A stretch of DNA of 58,548 nucleotides from a virus (lineage: Duplodnaviria; Caudoviricetes): IMG/VR virus record IMGVR_UViG_3300045855_000047, positions 1-58,548 of that record; one strand, given 5' to 3'. How positions within the stretch are numbered: the first letter of the stretch is position 1; each line of letters starts with the position of its first letter. Under the pieces are notes generated by a model that did not search any database, was not told the DNA's origin, and was given only the letters and a program-made list of their open reading frames with translations. The position numbers and the translations under genes are program-made. Below, piece by piece: positions 10,001 to 18,578 of the stretch.

Positions 10001-13000
10001 TATGTCACCAGCAAGGGCACCATGGACAAGCTGGGCGACAAGGCCCGCCAGTACCTGGCCGGCAAAGCGGATCTGGTGGGCGCCATCCGCCTGCCGCAAA
10101 CCGCCTTCAAGCAAAACGCTGGTACCGAGGTAGTCACCGATGTGATCTTCCTTCGCAAGAAGGTACCCGGTGAAACCTTCGCGCATGCACAGGCCTGGCT
10201 CAAGACGGCCACAGTCAAGACGCCGGACGGCCCGGCCATCATCAACGAGTATTTCGCTGCTCACCCTGAAATGGTGCTTGGTACCCATGCGCTGCAGGGC
10301 TCCATGTATAAGGCCAACGAGTACACGGTGCTGCCGCTGCCTGGCGACATTGAAGAGCACTTCGCCAGAGCAGTGGAAAAGCTGCCGGCTGACATCTATG
10401 TGACCCAGCGCGGCACCAGCGCCGAAGCGGCCAAGGTCCGTGAAATCGACTTCAACCCCAAGGCCCAAAAGGAGGGTAACTACTACGTGTCCGATGCCGG
10501 CGTGCTGATGGTGCGTGAGGGCGGTGTGGGCATGCGCGCCGAGGACGTTGCAGCCAAGGATATGGAACTGGTTAAGGACTTTGTGCCACTGCGCGATGCC
10601 CTGAAACAGGCCCACTACGACCAGTTGAACAATGGCGAGTGGGAGCAGAGCATGGTCGCTCTGCAAAAGGCCTATGCCGCCTTCACCAAGAAGCACGGCC
10701 AGATCAACCAGTTCACCACCAAGATGGTCAAGACCACGGTGGTGGACGAGGAAACCGGCGAGAAATTTACCGACGAGGAAGCCCGGCGCACCCACACCCT
10801 GCTTTCCAAGATCAAGAACGACCCGGATTACACCCTGGTCATGGCGCTGGAAAACATCAACGACGATACCGGCGTGATCAGCCCCAGCGCGTTCCTGACC
10901 GAGCGCGTGTTGGGCAAGCAGGCCACGGCGCAGGTCAGCACCCCCACGGATGCGCTGCTGTCGGTACTGAATGACGTGGGCCATGTGGATATGGCGGCAA
11001 TCGCCCAGCGGCTCAATGTGTCAGAACAGGATGCCATCAGCGCCCTGGGTTCCTCCGTCTACCAAGACCCAGAGGGCGAGTGGGTGACGGCTGACGAATA
11101 CCAGAGCGGCAACGTCAAGCGCAAGCTGGAGATTGCCCGCTCCGTTGCCAAGTCCGACAAGGCCTTCGAGCGCAATGTCACTGCCTTGGAGGCGGTACAG
11201 CCAGAAGCCAAGACCCCGAGCCAGATCAATGCCAGCCTGGGCATGAACTGGATTCCCGGCCAGGTGTATGCCGACTTCCTGCAAGAGGTCACCGGCGTGC
11301 GCGCGCGGGTGGAATGGAATGCCCGCACCAAGCAGTGGATTGTGGAAGAGAAGGCCGGTGGCGCCACGATGCAAGCCCGGGCAGATTGGGGTACAGACCG
11401 CCGCAATGCGACATCCCTGCTGGAGCATGCGCTGACTGGGCGCAAGGTACGCATCGATTCGCGCGCTGGCAAGGACGAGGCGCCCAAGTTCGACCCGGCC
11501 GCAACCGAGGCGGCAAATGCCAAGCTGGTCGCTCTGCAAAACGAATTCCAACAGTGGATCTGGAAAGACCCAGAGCGCACCAATACCCTGGTGCGGGAGT
11601 TCAACGACAAGTTCAACACCACGGTACCGCGCTCATTCGATGGCACGCACCTGACGCTGCCGGGTACCTCCAAACGCTGGAGCGTGTTCGATCACGTTAA
11701 GCGCGGCGCCTGGCGTATCGTGGCGCGCGGCAATACCTACCTGGCACACGCAGTGGGCTCCGGCAAGACGTTCCAAATGGTGATTTCCGCCATGGAGCAA
11801 AAGCGCCTAGGCTTGATCAAGAAGCCCATGATGGTGGTGCCAAACCACATGCTGCAGCAGTTTGCCCGCGAGTGGCAGGATCTGTACCCGGCCGCGCGCC
11901 TGATGGTGGCTGACGAAAACAACTTCCACACCGACAACCGCCGCCGCTTCGTGTCGCGCGTGGCGCTGTCTGACCTGGACGGCGTGATCATCACCCAGTC
12001 GGCATTCAAGCTGCTGGACCTGGACCCCGAGTTCAAGCAACGCATGATTCAGGAGCAACTTGACTTCATGCGTGCGGCGCTGGTTGAGGCTGGCGGAAAC
12101 CCGGACACCCCGGGCAAGAACGGCCGCGAACCCCGCATCAAGCAGATCGAGAAGCAGATCGAGAACATGGAACAAAAGCTCGAAGCGGCCATGTCGTCGG
12201 TGGGCAAGGACAAGAATGCCCGCTTTGACGAGTTGGGTGTGGACATGCTCTATGTGGACGAGGCCCACAACTACCGCAAGCTGGATTTCACGACAAACCG
12301 CGAAGTCAAGGGCATCACCCCTGCAGGCTCCGGCCAGGCCTTTGACCTCTTCATGAAGTCGCGGTACCTGGAAGAAAAGACGCCGGGCCGCTCCCTGGTG
12401 ATGGCCTCCGGCACACCGGTTACCAATACCGTAGCCGAGCTCTACACCGTGCAGAAATTCATGGACCGCCAGGCCCTAATCGACCGTGGAATGGAGGACT
12501 TCGATAGCTGGGCGGCAATGTTCGGCCGTGAGAAAACCACGCTGGAGCCCAACGCCGCAGGAAAATACGAGCCGGTTACCCGGTTCTCCAAGTTCGTCAA
12601 CGTGCCCGAGCTCACGCAAATGTTCCGTGAGTATGCGGACGTGCTGAATTCTGACCACCTGGCAGCACTCCTGGGCGACAAGCGCCCCAAGGTGGATGGT
12701 GGATCGCGCAAGATCACCATCACACCCAAGACGGACGACTACGCTGAATACCAGGATGTGCTGTCTGAGCGTGTAGCCCAGTCCAAGGCCTGGAAGCCTT
12801 CGCCAGACCAGCCAAACAACCCAGACCCCATCATCAAGATCATTGGCGATGGCCGGCTGGCAGCAATCGATATGCGCTTCATTGATCCGAGCCTGAAAAA
12901 TGACCCGGACTCAAAGCTGAACCGCATGATTGATGACGTGATCAAGTCCTACAAGGACACGTCGAGCATGGAGTACACCGACAAGGCCGGCAACCCAGAG

Positions 13001-16000
13001 CCCAACAAGGGCGCATCCATGATGGTGTTCTCTGACCTGGGTTTCGGCGCTGGTGTGGCGGCAAGCCGTGGCTTCAATGCCCGGGCCTGGTTCGAGAAGC
13101 GTATGCGTGATTCAGGCGTGCCCATGGCGCAAGTAGCGTTCATGTCCGATTACAAGAAGTCGGCCGACAAGCTCAAGCTGTTCAAGGATGTGAATGCCGG
13201 GCGCATGCGTATCCTGGTTGGCTCCAGCAAGAACATGGGCACCGGTGTGAACGCGCAACAGCGCCTCAAGTCCCTGTTCCACCTGGATAGCCCATGGTAC
13301 CCGGCTGACCTGGAGCAGCGCGAGGGCCGCATCATCCGCCAGGGCAACAAGAACCCCTTGGTGCAGATTTACGCCTACGCTGCAAAGGGCACGTATGACG
13401 AGAATATGTGGAAGATGCTGGCCAGCAAGCAGTATTTCATTGACCAGGCCCTGAGCGGTGATGCGAACCTGCGAGAGATTGAGGATCTGGACTCCATGAG
13501 CCAGTACGACCTTGCTGCCGCCATGATCGCCGATGACCCCCGTATCCTGCAGTTAGCCGGCGCCCGGGCTGACATCGAGAAGATGCAGCGCCTGTATCAG
13601 GCCCATGAGCAGCAGCGCATGAAGTTCCTGGAGCAGTCGCGTAACGCTACATCCACGATTGCCTATGCCGAGCACCAGCTGGTGAAGGCCACGGCGGATG
13701 CCGGCCTGGTGCAGGATCTGTCCGGCGACAAGTTCACGGCCAAGGCTGGCAAGAAGGCCTACACCGTGCGTTCAGACTGGGCGCAGGCCCTGATCGACCG
13801 TTACAAGGAACTGGCTGCAAGGGTTGAAACCCAGACCCAGACCATTGGCCAGATTTCAGGTTTCAATGTGGCATTCAAGGCTGAGAATGTAGCCGGCCAA
13901 TACCTGGCCCAGATCATGCTGGAAACACCTGAGCAGCTGGTACTGGCATGGGAAGGTGGCGTAAGCCCCGTTGGTATGTCAATGCGGGCAACCAACGCAC
14001 TGGCGGCTATGGCTACTTTGCCTTATAAGCTGCGTGATCGCATTGTCGAGGCCCGGGCCCTGGTGGATGCCCTTGGTACCCGCTTGCAAACCCCGTTCCC
14101 CATGGCGCAGATGCTGGCAGAGAAGGTGCGCGAGGCTTCTGACCTGGAAGCCCAGATCGCCGCCGATAGCAAGGCCAAGGATGCGGCCAAAGCTGCTGAA
14201 TCCCCGGCGGAAGGTGAAACCAAGCTGTCCCGTGGGACTGGTGGCGGCATGGACGTATCAATCCTGGCTGCGCTGGCCACCAAGATCAAGAAGGCCATGC
14301 CAAATATGCCCATGGTGCACGTGCTGGAATCGCCAGCAAAGGCACCCAAGGCCCTGCGTGACTACATCGAAAAGCAGGGCGCCATGGCTGATGTGGAGGG
14401 CGCTTACCATGATGGTGAGCTCTACCTGTTCGCCTCCGGCCTGTCGGATGCGCTGCGTGCTGAGCACGTACTGGCCGAGCATGAGGCCGCTCACTTCGGC
14501 CTGCGCTCAATGCTGGGTGACTCCCTCAAGACCACCATGCTCATGGTCTACAACAACAACACCTATATCCGGCAGCTGGCAACCGAGTTGCAAAAGCGCG
14601 GCAAGCTGTCCAATGCTGAAGCTACGGAAGAGGCGATTGTAGACATTCCCACTTCGCGCCTGATCAAGCTCCAAGGCTGGCGCAAGCTGGTACATGGCGT
14701 GCACGCATGGCTTGGTGCCTATGGATTCGAGAACATGGCGCGCAAGGTGGGCGACTGGCTCAACGGATCCCTGGATGACCAGCAGCGTGCGGATTTGTTC
14801 GTGGCGAACCTGGTGACGGCGGCACGCCGGCACGTGGCCGGCAAGAATCAGGGCAAGTTTGATACGCAGTCCGGCACCATGCTGGCAAGCTCCATGGCCG
14901 ATGATGCCATGCAGCAAGAGAAATGGCTGATGACCGAGGCGCGCGCCCGGGGATTCAAGGACATCGACCAGTTGGCCGAGCAGGACTACCCCTTGTTCGA
15001 GAAACTGGCCAAGCTGTGGCGCGAGAAGAATCCGGCCGATGAGGGTATCCTGATGTCGCGTGGGGTTAGCGCGCTGCGGCGTTGGGCTGGTAAGTCCAAG
15101 GTTGTGGATGCAAACGGAAATCCCCGGGTGATGTACCACGGCACAACGGCCGATATTTCCACCTTCAAAGAAGGTGCGCCAATTTACGTTGCTGATACCG
15201 GTGCTGCAGCCAGCGAATATGCCAAGCAATTCGGCTATGTGGAAAACGCTGATGCTGGTAATGGCGGAAACGTCATGCCGCTCTATGTCAAGGCTGAAAA
15301 CCCATTCGATTACGAGTCTCCTGAAAATGTAGCCTGGCTGGTGTCCGCGCTCAAGGCATCCGACAAACTCAAGTCGGTACCAATCCAAGAGGATGAGGAT
15401 TACTACCCAGTTTTTGACAGTGCACAAGAGGCACTCAAGGCCGGTGACCCCTACGCATACCGCAGTAAAGTGGTTCAGGATGCCATCGCCAAACGGTTTG
15501 ATTCCTTCTACTCCGTTGCGCGCGGCGTGCGTAATCTGGCCGTGTTCTCCCCCACTCAAGTGAAAAGCGCCATTGGCAACAATGGAGCCTACGACCCAGC
15601 AAACCCGGACATCCGCATGTCGCGCCCGGGTACCGCCGCCCAGCGCGCGGACCAGATCATTCAGACCAATGCCAGCACCGCTAAGCCACTGGACGCAGTA
15701 GCGCGCATGCTGACCCGCGTTACCGGCCTGGAGCGCCTGACCGGCGCCATTTATAACCGTGCTGGCTACCTGCTGGACCGGTTCACCCCGGAAAACGTCA
15801 AGGCTGGCCTGGTGTCGGATTACGGCGTGCCCGAGTCGGTGATCGACCAACGCGCCATGATGCAGGGGCGCCAGCGCGTGCAGTTGCGCCAGGCCGGCGC
15901 CCTGATCGACAAGCTCTCTACCCTGACCCGGGCCGAGTCCCGCGTGGCCTACGCATGGATGAATGAAACCGAAGCCGGCCAGGCCGACTATTTCATGCAG

Positions 16001-18367
16001 CAGCTGCCGCCCGAGTCCGTCAAGATCCTGGAGGACGTGCGCCAGATGATCGACAAGCTCTCCCAGGAGGCCGTGCGCATGGGTCAACTTGGAGCCGATG
16101 TTTACGAAAAAACCAAGTTCGCATACCTGCGCCGGTCCTATGCCAAGTACACCATGGACCAGACCCCAGGCCAAAAGGCGGCGCGTGCGCGCGCAATCTC
16201 TGTGCTGGGTGACCAGTACAAGGGCCGAGGCCTGACTGAGGCTGCGACCATGAAGCAGATCCAGAACGTGGCGCCCGAGTGGTGGAAGCGCAAGCTGGCC
16301 AGCGGCAAAGCCGACAAGGGCCTCAAGGGCGAGAAGTTCATTCGCCTGGAGCGCCGTGCATCGAGCGGGCAGGGCGTCAACCCGCTGCCAGGTGTGGCCG
16401 GCAACAAGGCCCAGGGCCGGCTGCAGGAGGTGCACTACTTCCCAGCCGGTGAGGCGCTGCCTGCCAAGTATGCCGACTGGGACAAGGCCGGCACGTTCGA
16501 GGTGCGCGACACCCAGGGCGAGAAGGTTGTGCTCTGGCGCGACTTCACTAAGGACGAGCGCGAACAGATGGGCGAAATTGACGAGGCCCGCTTTGCCATT
16601 GCCAAGACGCTGCAGGGCATGATCCATGATGTGGAGGTGGGCCGCTACCTGGAATGGCTGGCACACAATCAGGCGCTCAAGGAAGGCCAGACTATCCCGG
16701 GCGCCGTGGTGGATGCATCCGACCGGTACCGCGACACCTTCAAGCCTGGCGAGTGGGTCAAGGTGCCCGATGCCAAGATCAGCGGCACCAGCGTGGCCAA
16801 ATACGGCAAGCTGGCCGGCCGGTACGTCCCGGGCCCGGTGTGGAACGACCTGCGCCAGACAATGAATGGCCAGTTCAAACCATTCGGTGACACCTACGGA
16901 ATGATCCTCTCTGCCTGGAAAACGGCCAAGACGGCGCTATCGCCCGCGGTGCACACCAACAACATCATGTCCAATTTCGTGATGGCCGACTGGCACGATG
17001 TCACTGCCGGCCACACAGCCAAGGCCTTGCGCATCCTCCTGGGTGCGCATGACCAGGGCGGCAAGGGCGTGCTGGGTACCATCGGAAACAAGGCCGCGGG
17101 CGTGATCGGCTCGGCCGACCGTGATGCAGCACGTGAGATTGTGAATCGGTACCTTGATTCTGGCGGTGACATTGGTTCGTGGGCAACAAACGAGATTTCC
17201 AAAAAGCAGATCGAGCCTTTGCTTGATGCCCTGGAAAAGGAACTTGCTGCAACCAACGGTCAATCTGTGCAGGCCCAGGTTGGTATCTTCCATGCGCTGC
17301 AGCATGCCCTGCAAATGCGTTTCCCCAGTGCCTGGGATTCCCTCAAGGGATCCACGACCGGCAAGGTCATTGGCACTGAGGCCAGCACCGTGATCGACCT
17401 CTACCAGTCAGAGGACGAGGTATTCCGCCTCGCTGCCTGGCTCAAGGCCAAGGAAGAGGGCAAGACCGATATGGAAGCGGGCAAGATCGCACGCCGGTCC
17501 TTCATGGACTACAGCATCAATGCACCCTGGGTGCAGGCCCTGCGCAACTCGGCGCTACCCTTCGTGAGCTATACATACCGCGCGGTACCCATGTTCATGG
17601 AGACTGCAGCCAAGAAGCCGCACAAGCTGCTCAAGCTGATGGCCATTGCCGGCGCCCTGAATGCCTTTGGCCTGATGATGGCCGGTGGTGGTGGGGACGA
17701 CAAGGAGCGCAAGCTGCTGCCGGAAGAGAAGGCCGGCCGGGTGTGGGGCCTGGTACCAAAGATGATTCGCATGCCCTGGAATGACCCCAACGGGTCGCCG
17801 GTGTACCTCGACATCCGCCGCTTCATTCCAGTGGGTGACATCTTCGACATTGGGCAAGGGCACTCGGCCATCCCATTGCTGCCGTCCCTGACGCCTGGCG
17901 GGCCGCTGGCCATCCTGGCAGAACTGGCATTGAACAAGACCCAGTTCACAGGCAAGCCCATCACCCTGGACACCGATACCGGCCTGCAGCGGGCAACCAA
18001 GGTGCTGGACTACCTATACAAGGCATTCATGCCCAATCTGCTGGGCGTGCCCGGTACCTATGCGACCACTGGTGTGTTCGATGCAGCCAACGGAAAGACG
18101 GATGCCTTCGGGCGCCAGCAGTCGGTCGCCCAGGCCATGGCTTCAAGCTTTGGCGTGAAGCTGGGTAGTTACCCGGCTGACGTGCTGGCGCGTAACCTGC
18201 GCGGCGCGGCCCAGGCCCAGATCATGGAGATTGACCGCAACATTTCAGGCTTGAAGCGTCAGCGCCAAATGAATGGCATCAGCGCCAGCGAGTTCGATAG
18301 CAAGGTGCAAGTCGAGCAGGAAAAGAAGGCAAAGGTTATGAAGGATCTGGCGGAAAAAATGAACTGA
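4031..18367 (+). CDS. Giant (4778 aa) polyvalent, DarB-like protein: DdrB-like ParB, ParB-like, RelA/SpoT-like, N6-adenine methyltransferase, SNF2-like helicase, zincin, ADP-ribosyltransferase-like and LPD38-like domains
   Basis: GGAG at 4021, ATG at 4031. Motifs in order: LQPRDR (~5745), LDGHHQW (~7240), DLLRA/GYSD/EIQ (8150-8360), LEPGAGIG and NPPF (9878), HAVGSGKT, DEAH, SGTP, QREGRIIRQGN, HEAAH (~14480), VVDANGNPRVMYHGT...FSPTQVKSA (15100-15620). Confidence 0.92.
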   Translation: MGAFDDLIPASGGGGAFDDLVPQKREESGGAKALRLADATYKAIGSGLIKGSADLASGIGNASIDPSSFAMSTILGGVAAADRGVTAVGNWVSPGSATPSEGIQQTAQDAAAFAAAEREKAIQQARMRQGNDFKNDLVKMGVQVRDAGRTVSGAMQDFDQNNNPTLTEQSKAINDATGFVDTTKAMFNNPVGTINQLSNSAPGMAAGLGLSRAASMARMAGLEAGAGATAIEAAKVKAISSASTAGAVSEAAQAAIQDRESVYQQVAGTPFDQLAEKSPRFNEIVAKVGDQARARQILANELADQVTLGAGVVTGLGTIGVNKLFGGDTTAKIVSGLEKTTAKTAAKDVLQEGVEETLQGVPEDLVQHGALSQADKDKKLDLGGSAAQNFWAGALMASHGAGGSYIKDKIADYKDGKAATPPADPLDPNPSSATPNTPPPSAPAGAAATPEVSAAEKALITPVELTSLDRVNSIGTELEGLQARQQELAPGGAYGPMFDQERTEVATKIAELSQERADLSKDWAKPVFGNATTVTLPSGAVVAAHWAVIDAGEALPSHDINLKSNDSYDKSLQPRDRGERHGYELQIAGIVQRYNPAMLDESPLAGMGAPTMRMDGSVIDGNGREIATQRVYRANGQKAAELRAYVSANSDRKGIPPEAFLHKANPQFVRVIDHIPGFNYGEFAKQANESVMAPMSPSETAKSDANRIDTMEDLKADDNGDFSNAASQPFIRRFMARLPATEQAGMIDASGALSTTGYARVRNAVLAKAYGDSPVLARMTESMDDNLRNVSKALLLAAPKVAQMREAVGAGNRFDADITPDLMGAVEELSRLKEKGTSVEDALAQAGMFGDDQPQEVKDLLRFLSENLRRPRKIADFITAYMEALDAAGDPNQGSLLGDVQAPTKGELLTAAKRSQDAAGPTNTTTATDTQRADSAKNPQDGVAPQGRPENAQNDQGGTGRDGSAQGSDTRLSRQRNSAPVGEASEWVNFPKDSGTIGIPRADMPQIKGEHRGALIQFLQARGIEHKTKEIPAADLKPTQAEFSTKKAARWSEVRDGVDRSVLVSKDGHILDGHHQWVAALAANEPVKAIVLNAPIRELMANVFQFPSVKQSGDSASASEADGRAKPREDFKQAMAELADLVADKLGTRVMMMPSGDPKIMAVLIKLFDSAIRVVGTDLKAATKWVKAQLKGMPETKPYWNKITDKDYSAAAMAALEQQATAHVDDLFSAAEKSQADLFSNEPAAPKVAMIDGRAYDYTFKTGDNFNPPSVSDFLPDKEVKLADGLVAKYYSNKPEVKLAADILARGEKLIQPFIDKANLVKSEYDQKIIDIATRTKAIGQLLAPIKSTKRAVEKMHDDAIEKNREMRADDVKDLLRATIVVSRYEDAQAVINEIGKEFKILRTKNRTETDFIQAKAEGRKGTGGYSDVLVNVQMLDGTVAEIQVNIPEMLAAKEGPDKQGQGHKLFEAAREQKTTNPALYAEIYEAMEGFYDATFLAAQSRALDAAAKNPLGSSVNPNARDGKSLMPGQGINESPSSDSLNQEPSGKQTKSSPSESPENLQPGGKTSGTFISNSNTDSVAKKTENGYSQSNLFGESNGNDTDGGTGSQGKGAGAVSAAGRKRGTQGPREGSSGADQRGDGTPGAGGPSQESLGQTGTDGTGGKTENVGRTQSRARDGGPAGVPAGRDIPAKSGLNYEFGPDDLTYEGSWVKKAAQNVDAVELLVKLEAEGRQATKDEQTVLAKFVGWGSSEVANAIFGTAGDKNESKIKAFNLAKAAIENSASISYSNPNYWTIKAVLDQVGRARVPYRSDIDSAFISPKNFGLESSDIKYGDLRARLKAVMSKDEWAEASRSTQYAHYTSRAIVTSMYKALDRMGFKGGAMLEPGAGIGVFPGLMPAAMAANTAYTGIEFDSITGRILKQLFPDERILVESFVDSKLPKNFYDVAVGNPPFSGTQILGDPEYQKHAFNLHDYFFAKSIDRVKPGGLVVYVTSKGTMDKLGDKARQYLAGKADLVGAIRLPQTAFKQNAGTEVVTDVIFLRKKVPGETFAHAQAWLKTATVKTPDGPAIINEYFAAHPEMVLGTHALQGSMYKANEYTVLPLPGDIEEHFARAVEKLPADIYVTQRGTSAEAAKVREIDFNPKAQKEGNYYVSDAGVLMVREGGVGMRAEDVAAKDMELVKDFVPLRDALKQAHYDQLNNGEWEQSMVALQKAYAAFTKKHGQINQFTTKMVKTTVVDEETGEKFTDEEARRTHTLLSKIKNDPDYTLVMALENINDDTGVISPSAFLTERVLGKQATAQVSTPTDALLSVLNDVGHVDMAAIAQRLNVSEQDAISALGSSVYQDPEGEWVTADEYQSGNVKRKLEIARSVAKSDKAFERNVTALEAVQPEAKTPSQINASLGMNWIPGQVYADFLQEVTGVRARVEWNARTKQWIVEEKAGGATMQARADWGTDRRNATSLLEHALTGRKVRIDSRAGKDEAPKFDPAATEAANAKLVALQNEFQQWIWKDPERTNTLVREFNDKFNTTVPRSFDGTHLTLPGTSKRWSVFDHVKRGAWRIVARGNTYLAHAVGSGKTFQMVISAMEQKRLGLIKKPMMVVPNHMLQQFAREWQDLYPAARLMVADENNFHTDNRRRFVSRVALSDLDGVIITQSAFKLLDLDPEFKQRMIQEQLDFMRAALVEAGGNPDTPGKNGREPRIKQIEKQIENMEQKLEAAMSSVGKDKNARFDELGVDMLYVDEAHNYRKLDFTTNREVKGITPAGSGQAFDLFMKSRYLEEKTPGRSLVMASGTPVTNTVAELYTVQKFMDRQALIDRGMEDFDSWAAMFGREKTTLEPNAAGKYEPVTRFSKFVNVPELTQMFREYADVLNSDHLAALLGDKRPKVDGGSRKITITPKTDDYAEYQDVLSERVAQSKAWKPSPDQPNNPDPIIKIIGDGRLAAIDMRFIDPSLKNDPDSKLNRMIDDVIKSYKDTSSMEYTDKAGNPEPNKGASMMVFSDLGFGAGVAASRGFNARAWFEKRMRDSGVPMAQVAFMSDYKKSADKLKLFKDVNAGRMRILVGSSKNMGTGVNAQQRLKSLFHLDSPWYPADLEQREGRIIRQGNKNPLVQIYAYAAKGTYDENMWKMLASKQYFIDQALSGDANLREIEDLDSMSQYDLAAAMIADDPRILQLAGARADIEKMQRLYQAHEQQRMKFLEQSRNATSTIAYAEHQLVKATADAGLVQDLSGDKFTAKAGKKAYTVRSDWAQALIDRYKELAARVETQTQTIGQISGFNVAFKAENVAGQYLAQIMLETPEQLVLAWEGGVSPVGMSMRATNALAAMATLPYKLRDRIVEARALVDALGTRLQTPFPMAQMLAEKVREASDLEAQIAADSKAKDAAKAAESPAEGETKLSRGTGGGMDVSILAALATKIKKAMPNMPMVHVLESPAKAPKALRDYIEKQGAMADVEGAYHDGELYLFASGLSDALRAEHVLAEHEAAHFGLRSMLGDSLKTTMLMVYNNNTYIRQLATELQKRGKLSNAEATEEAIVDIPTSRLIKLQGWRKLVHGVHAWLGAYGFENMARKVGDWLNGSLDDQQRADLFVANLVTAARRHVAGKNQGKFDTQSGTMLASSMADDAMQQEKWLMTEARARGFKDIDQLAEQDYPLFEKLAKLWREKNPADEGILMSRGVSALRRWAGKSKVVDANGNPRVMYHGTTADISTFKEGAPIYVADTGAAASEYAKQFGYVENADAGNGGNVMPLYVKAENPFDYESPENVAWLVSALKASDKLKSVPIQEDEDYYPVFDSAQEALKAGDPYAYRSKVVQDAIAKRFDSFYSVARGVRNLAVFSPTQVKSAIGNNGAYDPANPDIRMSRPGTAAQRADQIIQTNASTAKPLDAVARMLTRVTGLERLTGAIYNRAGYLLDRFTPENVKAGLVSDYGVPESVIDQRAMMQGRQRVQLRQAGALIDKLSTLTRAESRVAYAWMNETEAGQADYFMQQLPPESVKILEDVRQMIDKLSQEAVRMGQLGADVYEKTKFAYLRRSYAKYTMDQTPGQKAARARAISVLGDQYKGRGLTEAATMKQIQNVAPEWWKRKLASGKADKGLKGEKFIRLERRASSGQGVNPLPGVAGNKAQGRLQEVHYFPAGEALPAKYADWDKAGTFEVRDTQGEKVVLWRDFTKDEREQMGEIDEARFAIAKTLQGMIHDVEVGRYLEWLAHNQALKEGQTIPGAVVDASDRYRDTFKPGEWVKVPDAKISGTSVAKYGKLAGRYVPGPVWNDLRQTMNGQFKPFGDTYGMILSAWKTAKTALSPAVHTNNIMSNFVMADWHDVTAGHTAKALRILLGAHDQGGKGVLGTIGNKAAGVIGSADRDAAREIVNRYLDSGGDIGSWATNEISKKQIEPLLDALEKELAATNGQSVQAQVGIFHALQHALQMRFPSAWDSLKGSTTGKVIGTEASTVIDLYQSEDEVFRLAAWLKAKEEGKTDMEAGKIARRSFMDYSINAPWVQALRNSALPFVSYTYRAVPMFMETAAKKPHKLLKLMAIAGALNAFGLMMAGGGGDDKERKLLPEEKAGRVWGLVPKMIRMPWNDPNGSPVYLDIRRFIPVGDIFDIGQGHSAIPLLPSLTPGGPLAILAELALNKTQFTGKPITLDTDTGLQRATKVLDYLYKAFMPNLLGVPGTYATTGVFDAANGKTDAFGRQQSVAQAMASSFGVKLGSYPADVLARNLRGAAQAQIMEIDRNISGLKRQRQMNGISASEFDSKVQVEQEKKAKVMKDLAEKMN
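6780..6974 (+). CDS. Nested +1-frame small basic ORF (64 aa) inside the giant gene
   Basis: AAGGAG 5 nt before ATG 6780. Coincides with a low-complexity linker of the host protein. Confidence 0.45.
   Translation: MLPDQPTPRLPRTPSGQTLQKTRKMVLRLKADQKMRRTIKAALAAMGLPKDPIPDSAANGIAPL
8503..8745 (-). CDS. Nested antisense small acidic protein (80 aa), candidate antitoxin/immunity protein for the RelA/SpoT-like domain
   Basis: Minus-strand GGAG 6 nt before ATG 8745, TACACT -10-like box at 8770-8765. Protein-like sequence MKVPEVFPPGCKFSGDSDGDDFVCFPDGSWFKL. Host frame is S/P-rich and low-complexity over the same span. Confidence 0.65.
   Translation of the reverse strand: MKVPEVFPPGCKFSGDSDGDDFVCFPDGSWFKLSDDGDSLIPCPGIKDLPSRALGFTDDPKGFLAAASNARDWAAKNVAS
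8765..8797. promoter_or_regulatory. Intragenic divergent promoter region with phage operator AACCGAAAACGGAT (8779-8792)
   Basis: AT-rich island. Minus-strand -10 TACACT (8770-8765) and plus-strand -10 TATAGT (8792-8797). The 14-mer matches operators at 27760 and 30645. No good -35 boxes seen. Confidence 0.6.
8823..9116 (+). CDS. Nested +1-frame TnpV-like protein (97 aa; alternative start 8829)
   Basis: GGGGAAAG before ATG. LKEKAPALYQQLAASGALKAHVRDLAEQ...MELAGKLKM...ERAMADLL resembles the TnpV family pattern by eye. Host frame is G/R/T-rich and disordered here. Confidence 0.7.
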   Translation: MGMIQTVELALKEKAPALYQQLAASGALKAHVRDLAEQINAETVRLVQEDRRKNHWDKLGPMELAGKLKMSDALNQERAMADLLEFPQDETSPQSLG

Positions 18368-18369
18368 TT

Positions 18370-18578
18370 TGCAGACATGATCGCAGACACGATGCAGACG
18401 TTCAGTCAAAAATCATAGCACTGTAGCCATGGTGCCCGGGGCCGGAATCGAACCGGCACGGATTTCTCCGGGGGATTTTGAGTCCCAATGCGATTCCAAG
18501 CCAGTCGTGGGCTGCAGCCCGATTATGTCTGCATTTAGTTTGTACTTCCACCACTCTGGCTGGAAGGTAATGCAGACA
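18370..18578. repeat. Putative integrase arm-type sites, consensus (T)GCAGAC(A)
   Basis: Direct copies at 18370, 18382, 18393 and 18571, and an inverted copy at 18526, flanking the tRNA fragment. Confidence 0.65.
18430..18486 (-). other. attP core: 3' part of tRNA-Leu(CAA)
   Basis: Minus strand reads GGGA-CTCAAAA-TCCC (anticodon arm), long variable arm, GGTTCGATTCC T-arm and CCA end. The 5' half is absent. Lies next to the integrase. Confidence 0.9.

Noticed and set aside
14507-16666. 719-aa antisense ORF (also 9560-10984) within the giant gene
   Set aside because: Shadow frames of a GC3-biased gene. They overlap well-folded domains and show no RBS or motif, unlike the nested ORFs that sit in linkers.
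18430-18486. Functional tRNA gene
   Set aside because: The D-arm and 5' acceptor strand are missing, so it is treated as the attP core.
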